A DNA stretch of 45,445 nucleotides from Nemertoderma westbladi (Eukaryota; Animalia; Xenacoelomorpha): the NCBI GenBank assembly GCA_032718475.1, contig JAUCBJ010004674.1, forward strand, positions 1 through 45,445, written 5' to 3'. The number at the start of each line of letters is the position of its first letter. Positions within the stretch are counted from its first letter, which is position 1. The translations under genes and the position numbers were made by a program. Shown here one piece after another: positions 36,325 to 45,445 of the stretch. Below the pieces are notes generated by a model. It saw nothing but the letters and a program-made list of their open reading frames with translations. It made no database searches and was not told where the DNA came from.

Positions 36325-38326
36325 GGCCCCCTGGACTGACAACAAAATTCAAAAGTGCCGAAATGACCTTCATAAGGCGCAGAAAGAGTCCCGACTCAAA
36401 CAGACTACAGCGGCCAAGAATGCAGTTAAGGCTGCATCTAGGTCCCTGAACAGGCAGTACTCTGTTAATCTACAGGAGCTAATAAACCAACAGGTTGATG
36501 CCATCAATGATGCTGACGACAGCAGGCAATCATCCCAGGCATGGAAATCAATCAATCTGCTTACTGGGCGGAAAAGCCAACCAACCACCAAGGTTAAGGC
36601 AGAATCACCAGCCGATCGCCTCAATGGTTGGAAAGCCCACTTTGAAAAGCTCCTCAATAATGACAGGGTATTGCCTGATAACTTTATAGAAGTAAAGGTG
36701 TCTGAGTCTGTACTCCCAGATATTCCCATTGGCGATATCTCCTTTGCAGAAGTGAAGGCTGCTGCAAAGAGCATTAAGACCAATCGTGCCAGTGGAGTAG
36801 ATGGTGTTCCCCCTGAGGTCTTTAAAATACCTGAGTGTTTAAAGCTTATCTATCCCATCATAGTAGACATGTACCGTACAACAAGAGTCCCACAAGAAAT
36901 GAAAACAAATAAGTTGGTGCCAGTTCCCAAGAAGGGCAACCTAACACTCTATGGTTCTTTTCGGGGAATCTCATTGATCTCAATTGCTGCAAAGCTATAC
37001 AATAGGATTCTATTAAATCGCATCAGGGATCCCATTGAGAGACTGCTCCGTGGAAATCAGAATGGGTTCCGTAAAGGTCGTGGGACCATGGAGCCCATTT
37101 TGGCACTTAGAAGGATAATTGAAGAATTATCAAAAAAGAAAGACAGGCATCTGGCTGTTATCTTTGTTGACTTCTTCAAGGCCTTTGATTCAGTCTCTCG
37201 CTCACGTATGTTCAGCATACTTTCATTATATGGGATTCCTGATGAAATTATTGCAGCAATCAGATCAGTATACGATGGTTCGACAACATTTGTGTCTACT
37301 GTTGACGGTGACACAGAACCATTCGAAGTGTTATGGGGCGTCCTCCAAGGAGACACACTTGCACCATTCTTATTCATTATTGTGGTTGACTATGTTCTAC
37401 GCATGTCCTTAGATCATCATAATGATGATGGGGTGATGATAACTCCACCTACTGGCTCCAGAAGTCGAGGAAATCCTGCCAAGTACCTAACTGATCTAGA
37501 CTTTGCTGATGACTTAGGAGTACTCTCAGAATCATTAGAGGGAGCCCAACGGCTCCTCAGCTCATTAGAACATGCTGCTTCTAGTGTTGGTCTTTTTATT
37601 AACTCCAGAAAGACCAAAATTCTGACAGTTAACTTTGAAAGTCCTCAGCAAGTCTCTGATCGGATGAGCATAAGCTCAAAGGATGGTATGCTTGAGCATG
37701 TCGACGACTTCTGTTACCTGGGATCATGGATCCGGAAGTCAGGTGAGGACCTTCGAATACGTAAGGGAAAGGCATGGGCAGCCTTGAATAGGCTTTCCAG
37801 GATTTGGAAGTCACCGAGAATTAATCGGAAACTTAAGGTCCGATTATTTAGAGCAGCAGTAGTTCCAGTACTCCTCTACGGGAGTCCATGCTGGGCTCTA
37901 ACTGCTGAGGACACCAAATCTCTGGATGGCACATTCACAAGAATGCTACGCCGGGTTCATTGTGTCAAGTACAATGCACACATCTCCAACCAGACACTAT
38001 ATAACATTGGAGGTGTCTCATTGGTTCCCCCAAGCTTGACACTAGAACAAAATCGCCTCCGCTTTGCAGGACATTGCTTTCGCCGTGAGGACCAGCCAGT
38101 GCATAATCTTGTACTTTGGCAGCCTCATGGAGTGAATAAGCATAGTGGACAGCCCATGACTTTCTTGAGACGCATATTAAAGGACACTGGCCTTAAAGAT
38201 GCGGATGATCTAGCAAATGTCATGGGTGATAGGGAGTTGTGGCGGTGCAATTTTGTTGACAAGCCGGCACAGCATTCTTAAAAATGCAGCTGCAATGCAG
38301 CATGCCGATCCTAGTAGTAGTAGTAG
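36325..38326 (+). mobile_element. RTE-group LINE, family A copy 2, 5'-truncated, with TSD
   Basis: Near-identical to 21777-23770. Tail (TAG)5 at 38312-38326. 13-bp TSD TACCAGTTAAAAT at 36308-36320 and 38330-38342. Confidence 0.96.
36326..38281 (+). CDS. Uninterrupted RT-containing reading frame lacking the APE domain and native start
   Basis: Open from APWTDNK to the stop with all RT motifs (FADD, YLGS). The first ~23 codons of the listed 674-aa ORF come from flanking DNA. Confidence 0.85.
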   Translation, partial: APWTDNKIQKCRNDLHKAQKESRLKQTTAAKNAVKAASRSLNRQYSVNLQELINQQVDAINDADDSRQSSQAWKSINLLTGRKSQPTTKVKAESPADRLNGWKAHFEKLLNNDRVLPDNFIEVKVSESVLPDIPIGDISFAEVKAAAKSIKTNRASGVDGVPPEVFKIPECLKLIYPIIVDMYRTTRVPQEMKTNKLVPVPKKGNLTLYGSFRGISLISIAAKLYNRILLNRIRDPIERLLRGNQNGFRKGRGTMEPILALRRIIEELSKKKDRHLAVIFVDFFKAFDSVSRSRMFSILSLYGIPDEIIAAIRSVYDGSTTFVSTVDGDTEPFEVLWGVLQGDTLAPFLFIIVVDYVLRMSLDHHNDDGVMITPPTGSRSRGNPAKYLTDLDFADDLGVLSESLEGAQRLLSSLEHAASSVGLFINSRKTKILTVNFESPQQVSDRMSISSKDGMLEHVDDFCYLGSWIRKSGEDLRIRKGKAWAALNRLSRIWKSPRINRKLKVRLFRAAVVPVLLYGSPCWALTAEDTKSLDGTFTRMLRRVHCVKYNAHISNQTLYNIGGVSLVPPSLTLEQNRLRFAGHCFRREDQPVHNLVLWQPHGVNKHSGQPMTFLRRILKDTGLKDADDLANVMGDRELWRCNFVDKPAQHS

Positions 38327-38451
38327 GCCTACCAGTTAAAATTGTAAAATTAATCTGGCACTGGCTGACTGGCATCAAAGCAATAAACAAAAGCAGAAAA
38401 GTTATGGGCCTGCCTAACCCATCTTAGAAGATAATATATAAAAATGGTTAC

Positions 38452-39675
38452 ATGGTTACAGGTTACAGAATCCACCCGGACAAGTTCGAATTAATGTTAT
38501 TCGGCACCCATGCGCGACTGACTAACACTGACGACTTCTCGGTAACCTACCAAGGAAAAGAATTAATGACATCCGAATCGGTAACCTACATGGGATACTC
38601 GTTAGACGCCACGCTATCTGGCACATCAAACGCCCAAAGGACAATAAAAAAAGGGAACTCGTGCCTTCGGTTCTTGTACCGCAATCAAGAAGTCCTGGAT
38701 AAGCCTCTACGCCGCTTGCTGTGCAACTCCCTAATACAACCCCTAATAGACTACGCAGCTCCATTTTGGTACCTCAGTACCAACAAACGGTACAGACAAC
38801 AAATTGATGCGCTCCAACGGAAATGCATCAGATTCTGCTTGTCACTTCCAACTCGTACTCACTTAGACGCAAGTCATTTCACGGCAATGAACTGGCTACC
38901 GATCACTCAACGAACACACCAGCTAATCCTGACTCACGTCTACAACGTCTATAACAAAAAGGCACCCACATACTTACAGAATTTAATAAACGTTGACCAT
39001 ACGACCAACAGACTACGTAACGGCTTTGCACACGCTATTGTCCCACACAAAAGAACTGCAGCTGGAACACTATCATTCTCATACCTGGGACCATACCTTT
39101 GGAACCAATTACCGAGCGACATAAAAGCATCCACTAACACTGAAACATTCAAACACAAAGTAAAAGAACACCTAATGAAACACGTTATATCAAACGAATC
39201 GTCAATTTTTTACGCTAACACGTCATAAACACTACACTACACACACAACTTCGACAACACCGAACCGACAGGACCCCCATGAAAACGAGACGCAGTCTCT
39301 TGGGGCTATCCTGAACAATAAACTAACTCCCAGTATAAAGGACACTAAGAGAAACAACCGCACCTGAAACCTACCGGACCGAACCGCAACTCAGACAAAT
39401 ACAAACGCACTATACACTAATAATACACACACCACACACCATACAGTACCTACCTACACAACACTGTCACCGCGATTTGACTCTAATAGCCAATATATAC
39501 ATTTACTTATAAATATATGCAAATATTATGCTATGCACTGTTTGTTTGTTTGTTTGTTGTTTTTAGACTTTTTACCCTCAGTGGATTGACCCTATGACAT
39601 TATGTCTTTTATTTCAATTACCCGTATATTTTACTGTATATTTTATTGTTAATAAATAATTCCAATTCCAAATCC
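38452..39675 (+). mobile_element. 5'-truncated L2-group (Crack/Daphne-like) LINE: ORF2 C-terminus and 3'UTR
   Basis: HPDKFELMLFG, YMGYSLD, LCNSLIQPLIDY and SFSYLGPYLWNQLP..IK...FK, ORF stop at 39228. The 3'UTR has an AGGACCCC...GGGGCTATCCT stem, AATAAA and a TTCCAA-like tail. Confidence 0.85.
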
Positions 39676-39688
39676 AGGACAGCAGGAT

Positions 39689-39745
39689 AAGTTGTATCCA
39701 GACAAGTTGTTTGTAGATACAACTTGTCTGGACTGGATACAACTT
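39689..39745. repeat. Short palindrome, probably the core of a MITE remnant
   Basis: AAGTTGTATCCAGACAAGTTGT / ACAACTTGTCTGGA-CTGGATACAACTT, followed by TTGGA repeats. Confidence 0.5.
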
Positions 39746-40221
39746 TTCGATTGGATTGGATTGGATCTAACTTTGGATTGGATACAAAGTCAAGTTTTTT
39801 TAAATGATAAAAGAAACATTTTTATACCGGTAGTCAAATTTTGTTTGTTTTTCTTCTTTTAATTGGGGGCTGCCGCCCCGCCACCAAACCCCGCCTGCCC
39901 GCTTATTCTGTTTGCTTTTCCCTGTGTGCCCGTGGTGAAAGACTTTAAAACCATTTTGCAATAGGCCTAGGCTAATTAATTCATGTTTGTATCATCACAT
40001 AACAGCATAATAGGCCTAAATTTACAAAGCCTAAAGTAGGAACTGCCAGACTGCATTGAATGTTAGCCAAATTATTATAACAATTACCGGTACCGGTACT
40101 AACTATAATATTATATAATCAATTATTTAAATTATTGGTACCTGCGTAACGGCACGTGATGCCACAAACCCATAGCTGCCTACTGCCTAGTGCCTAGTTC
40201 GATAATTTATATTTTATTTAG

Positions 40222-40607
40222 CGATGTTACATCAACTGAATCTTTAAAGACTGTCTCTCAAACACCACAAGCTAATGAGAGCGAGGTAGCTGAGACAACC
40301 ACTGGTGTGACTGATAGTACCGGCGCCACTGATGGTACCGGTACCCCAGAGGCTGCAGAGGTGGCTGCTAGTAACGCAGATACCACCGAGGTGGCTGCTA
40401 GTAACGCAGATACCACCGAGGTGGCTGCTAGTAACGCAGATACCACCGAGGTGGCTGCTAACGGTACGGCGATGCCGGAGTTTGAGACGACTAGGCCTAC
40501 CGGTAGCGTGCCGGAGACGAACGGCGAGGAACAATCAGAGGGAACCACAAAGCTAGAAACGAACGGAATAGTGGAACGGGAGAGTTCAGAGTCTCAAGCG
40601 GAGGAAG
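40222..40607 (+). CDS. Putative host coding exon: acidic Ser/Thr/Glu-rich low-complexity segment
   Basis: Acceptor TTTTATTTAG at 40221, open frame SDVTSTESLK...SQAEE, donor AAG|GTGGGT at 40608. GC-richer and codon-like against an AT-rich flank. Confidence 0.7.
40358..40460 (+). repeat. In-frame 30-bp coding tandem repeat (EVAASNADTT x3.4)
   Basis: GAGGTGGCTGCTAGTAACGCAGATACCACC three times plus a partial copy. Confidence 0.95.
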
Positions 40608-40873
40608 GTGGGTGCTGGGTGGGCCTGGGCCCCGTATGGGTGCTGGGTGGATTAGTATGGGTGCTGGGTGGTTAGTATGGGTGCTGGGTGGGCCTGGGCA
40701 GTATGGGTGCTGGGTGGGTAGTATCGACGCTGGGTGGACAGTATGGGCGCTGGGTGGTCAGTATGGGCGCTGGGTGGGAAGTATGGGTGCTGGATGGGCA
40801 GTATGGGTGCTGGGTGGGCAGTATGGGTGCTGGGTGGGTAGTATGGGCGCTGGGTGGGTAGTATGGGTGGGTA
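40608..40873 (+). repeat. 20-bp G-rich minisatellite (~13 degenerate copies)
   Basis: Unit GTATGGGTGCTGGGTGGGCA. Confidence 0.92.
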
Positions 40874-43800
40874 GCTAACACCCGAACCATCTCACCTAAC
40901 TGATTGCTAACACCCGAACCATCTCACCTAACTGATTGGTAACACCCGAACCGTCTCACCTAACTGATTGCTAACACCCGATCCGTCTCTCCTAACTGAT
41001 TGCTAACACCCGAACCGTCTCACCTAACTGATTGCTAACACCCGAACCATCTCACCTAACTGATTGCCAACACCCGAACCGTCTCTCCTAACTGATTGCT
41101 AACACCCGAACCGTCTCACCTAACTGATTGCTAACACCCGAACCATCTCACCTAACTGATTGCTAACACCCGAACCGTCTCTCCTAACTGATTGCTAACA
41201 CCCGAACCATCTCACCGAACTGATTGCTAACACCCAAACCATCTCACCTAACTGATTGCTAACACCCGAACCGTCTCACCTAACTGATTGCTAACACCCG
41301 AACCATCTAACCTAACTGATTGCTAACACCCGAACCATCTCACCTAACTGATTGCTAACACCCGAACCATCTCACCTAACTGATTGCTAACACCCGAACC
41401 GTCTCACCTAACTGATTGCTAACACCCGAACCGTCTCACCTAACTGATTGCTAACACCCGAACCATCTCACCTAACTGATTGCTAACACCCGAACCGTCT
41501 CACCTAACTGATTGCTAACACCCGAACCATCTCACCTAACTGATTGCTAACACCCGAACCATCTCACCTAACTGATTGGTAACACCCGAACCATCTCACC
41601 TAACTGATTGGTAACACCCGAACCGTCTCACCTAACTGATTGCTAACACCCGAACCATCTCACCTAACTGATTGCTAACACCCGAACCATCTCACCTAAC
41701 TGATTGCTAACACCCGAACCATCTCTCCTAACTGATTGCTAACACCCGAACCATCTCACCTAACTGATTGGTAACACCCGAACCATCTCACCTAACTGAT
41801 TGGTAACACCCGAACCGTCTCACCTAACTGATTGCTAACACCCGAACCATCTCACCTAACTGATTGCTAACACCCGAACCATCTCACCTAACTGATTGCT
41901 AACACCCGAACCATCTCTCCTAACTGATTGTTAACACCCCGAACCGTCTCACCTAACTGATTGCTAACACCCGAACCATCTCACCTAACTGATTGCTAAC
42001 ACCCGAACCATCTCTCCTAACTGATTGCTAACACCCGAACCATCTCACCTAACTGATTGGTAACACCCGAACCATCTCACCTAACTGATTGGTAACACCC
42101 GAACCGTCTCACCTAACTGATTGCTAACACCCGAACCATCTCACCTAACTGATTGCTAACACCCGAACCATCTCACCTAACTGATTGCTAACACCCGAAC
42201 CATCTCTCCTAACTGATTGTTAACACCCCGAACCGTCTCACCTAACTGATTGCTAACACCCGAACCATCTCACCTAACTGATTGCTAACACCCGAACCGT
42301 CTCACCTAACTGATTGCTAACACCCGAACCATCTCACCTAACTGATTGCTAACACCCGAACCATCTCACCTAACTGATTGCTAACACCCGAACCATCTCA
42401 CCTAACTGATTGCTAACACCCGAACCATCTCACCTAACTGATTGGTAACACCCGAACCGTCTCACCTAACTGATTGCTAACACCCGAACCATCTCACCTA
42501 ACTGATTGCTAACACCCGAACCATCTCACCTAACTGATTGCTAACACCCGAACCATCTCACCTAACTGATTGCTAACACCCGAACCGTCTAACCTAACTG
42601 ATTGCTAACACCCGAACCATCTCACCTAACTGATTGCTAACACCCGAACCGTCTCACCTAACTGATTGCTAACACCCGAACCGTCTCACCTAACTGATTG
42701 CTAACACCCGAACCATCTCACCTAACTGATTGCTAACACCCGAACCATCTCACCTAACTGATTGCTAACACCCGAACCATCTCACCTAACTGATTGCTAA
42801 CACCCGAACCATCTCACCTAACTGATTGGTAACACCCGAACCGTCTCACCTAACTGATTGCTAACACCCGAACCATCTCACCTAACTGATTGCTAACACC
42901 CGAACCATCTCACCTAACTGATTGCTAACACCCGAACCATCTCTCCTAACTGATTGTTAACACCCCGAACCGTCTCACCTAACTGATTGCTAACACCCGA
43001 ACCATCTCACCTAACTGATTGCTAACACCCGAACCGTCTCACCTAACTGATTGCTAACACCCGAACCATCTCACCTAACTGATTGCTAACACCCGAACCA
43101 TCTCACCTAACTGATTGCTAACACCCGAACCATCTCACCTAACTGATTGCTAACACCCGAACCATCTCACCTAACTGATTGCTAACACCCGAACCATCTC
43201 TCCTAACTGATTGTTAACACCCCGAACCGTCTCACCTAACTGATTGCTAACACCCGAACCATCTCACCTAACTGATTGCTAACACCCGAACCGTCTCACC
43301 TAACTGATTGCTAACACCCGAACCATCTCACCTAACTGATTGCTAACACCCGAACCATCTCACCTAACTGATTGCTAACACCCGAACCATCTCACCTAAC
43401 TGATTGCTAACACCCGAACCATCTCACCTAACTGATTGGTAACACCCGAACCGTCTCACCTAACTGATTGCTAACACCCGAACCATCTCACCTAACTGAT
43501 TGCTAACACCCGAACCATCTCACCTAACTGATTGCTAACACCCGAACCATCTCACCTAACTGATTGCTAACACCCGAACCGTCTCACCTAACTGATTGCT
43601 AACACCCGAACCATCTCACCTAACTGATTGCTAACACCCGAACCATCTCACCTAACTGATTGCTAACACCCGAACCATCTCACCTAACTGATTGCTAACA
43701 CCCGAACCATCTCACCTAACTGATTGGTAACACCCGAACCGTCTCACCTAACTGATTGCTAACACCCGAACCGTCTCACCTAACTGATTGCTAACACCCG

Positions 43801-43961
43801 AACCGTCTCACCTAACTGATTGCTAACACCCGAACCGTCTCACCTAACTGATTGCTAACACCCGAACCATCTCACCTAACTGATTGCTAACACCCGAACC
43901 GTCTAACCTAACTGATTGCTAACACCCGAACCATCTCTCCTAACTGATTGCTAACACCCGA
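40874..43961. repeat. 32-bp minisatellite (~96 copies), unrelated to the first 32-bp array
   Basis: Unit GCTAACACCCGAACCATCTCACCTAACTGATT with variants CCGTCT, GGTAAC, CTCTCC and GTTAACACCCC. Confidence 0.98.
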
Positions 43962-44479
43962 TATTGGAAGAGATACGCCTATTCCTACTATGCGGAAAGA
44001 CGGTAACAATACCTGCAATATCCTACTGTAAAGTTTGTAAATCAAATCATAAATCCGACCTTCTCACCAAAACAGTAAACCCTAAGTAAGCGAATATATT
44101 GCAGTATCGATCTCTTATAACCGGTGAGGCAGAAAACAGTCTACGAGCAGACAAACTTCGATAAAACAAATCCCGCGCAGCGAATCCTAAAATCAGGCTG
44201 ACTCACTGGCGGACTAAGAGGCTCGTATACCTTGCCGCGGTGTGATTTATATGGTTGGGCAAAGGGACGCTAGCTAGGTACAGAGGCAGATATTTGGAGA
44301 TGTCTAACTAGCGGGCAAAGCACAGTACGGACAAAGTTAATTTTATATATTTTGAGGTGTAAATAATTTCTAACGCGCGTGTGTTAATTCTGAACGGTCA
44401 AAAACAGTTTTGCTCCTTCACATATATAATTACTGGGTACGGTGTGCATTTACGAATATTCTAATTTTGTAACTTGTAG

Positions 44480-44497
44480 GTCCAATACTCACGAATG
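44480..44497 (+). CDS. Possible 18-nt microexon (G-PILTN-G)
   Basis: CTAAT branch-like motif, TTGTAG acceptor and G|GTAAGG donor. Phase 1-1, matching the phase-1 end of the 40222-40607 exon. Confidence 0.3.
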
Positions 44498-45445
44498 GTA
44501 AGGTTCCTTCCCCTCTTGCGTATTTCCAGGACTCAAATTCAGGCATAAAGTTAATACTACGCCCAGAATTCGGCAATTTTAGGTACCAGGTCCCTGATAC
44601 TAAGAAGAGATGTGTTAGTTTACTACTGTAGGCGTACGGGTACTAATAGCTATCCTGGCTCCTATCTAGAATTTTAGTCACCCAGGTAGTCCGGGTAACT
44701 TCCTATTAGGGCGTTGGCGGGGACACGGTAGATGTTAGTATATCCCTGATAGCCTCAATTTATTTGCGCCTAGTGTAAACTGCCCTACCGCCTGAACGGT
44801 ACAATCCCAATTCAGGTGAAAACACAGCAACCCCCTAGACTACAAGTTCTGATGTAATGGACACTGTCGTACTGCAAATAGTCGCACACACACCTGTACT
44901 TAGCAAGAGTTAAGCGTACAGTTTGCTGCACCCTAACCAATGTGTATGCCTTGTACCGGTGTGCCTACGTCCTATCTGCGCACTAGTATCTGCTCTCTCT
45001 CCCTCCCCCCCGTAGGAATATGAAGGTCTACTGTGGGTTTTTCCTGAATCAAGACAGTACAGTCCCTATGATGTAATTTTGGGCTTACAGCGTGTCACTA
45101 CGTCTACCTTTTGATCTTTTGGTCTTACACTTAGGTAGCAAGGATCGAACGCTGTCTAACCTTTCAGGCGATGGGCGAATAACTCTAAATGGTATTGCGG
45201 GTTGTCTCTCGTCTACATTCCCGTGATGTTCCCGTTCATTGCTGCGGCCCGATCTCTAGCCGGCCATCCTGTCCCTGAGTTTGTTCACCGTAGTGAAACC
45301 ATAGTAAAACAGATAGAAAAGGGCTGAGATGTGACTAGTATTTCTGACTTTTATTACAAAAGATATAATAACTATTATACAATAAACAATGTAATCTGAA
45401 ATAAGACAGAAAGTGAATGATGGATAGATTGAGAGAAGTAGTGAA

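Noticed and set aside
36235-36330. In-frame fusion of host exon 1 to the RTE RT (domesticated RT)
   Set aside because: Read-through hits TAA at once, and splicing to the AGs at 36302, 36313 or 36325 is out of frame with the RT.
21822-37814. Antisense and alternate-frame ORFs overlapping the RTE copies
   Set aside because: Shadow ORFs of the RT coding sequence, duplicated only because the element is duplicated.
43962-45445. Possible minus-strand LTR-element 5' region (AATAAA, then TTCACTACG-GTGAAC, then a decayed frame)
   Set aside because: No protein motif, PBS or second LTR is recognisable; left unannotated.

Overview
Eukaryotic DNA, probably from an invertebrate animal, dominated by repeats and transposable elements. 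About 20 kb (~44%) is made of seven unrelated minisatellite arrays: 32, 50, 42 and 40 bp units, a 25-bp core with three linkers, then 20 and 32 bp units. Between them lie a foldback element, a CRE-like non-LTR fragment and a decayed BEL/Pao LTR element (LTR, gag, protease). There are also two near-identical young RTE-group LINE copies, a third RTE-group LINE of another family, CR1-like, RTEX-like and Crack/L2-like LINE fragments, several MITEs and a PHD-bearing DNA-transposon relic. Phase-compatible exons of a probable host gene sit at 36235-36251 and 40222-40607, and possibly 44480-44497. The most notable observations are: (1) a ~450-nt leader of about 12 consecutive hairpins fused to an endonuclease-truncated RTE; (2) an invariant 69 x 40-bp array that starts inside that LINE's (TAG)n tail; (3) two divergent RTE families 5'-truncated at the same homologous codon. 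No CRISPR array, rRNA, tRNA or prokaryotic system is supported. All calls come from reading the sequence by eye; no database search was run.
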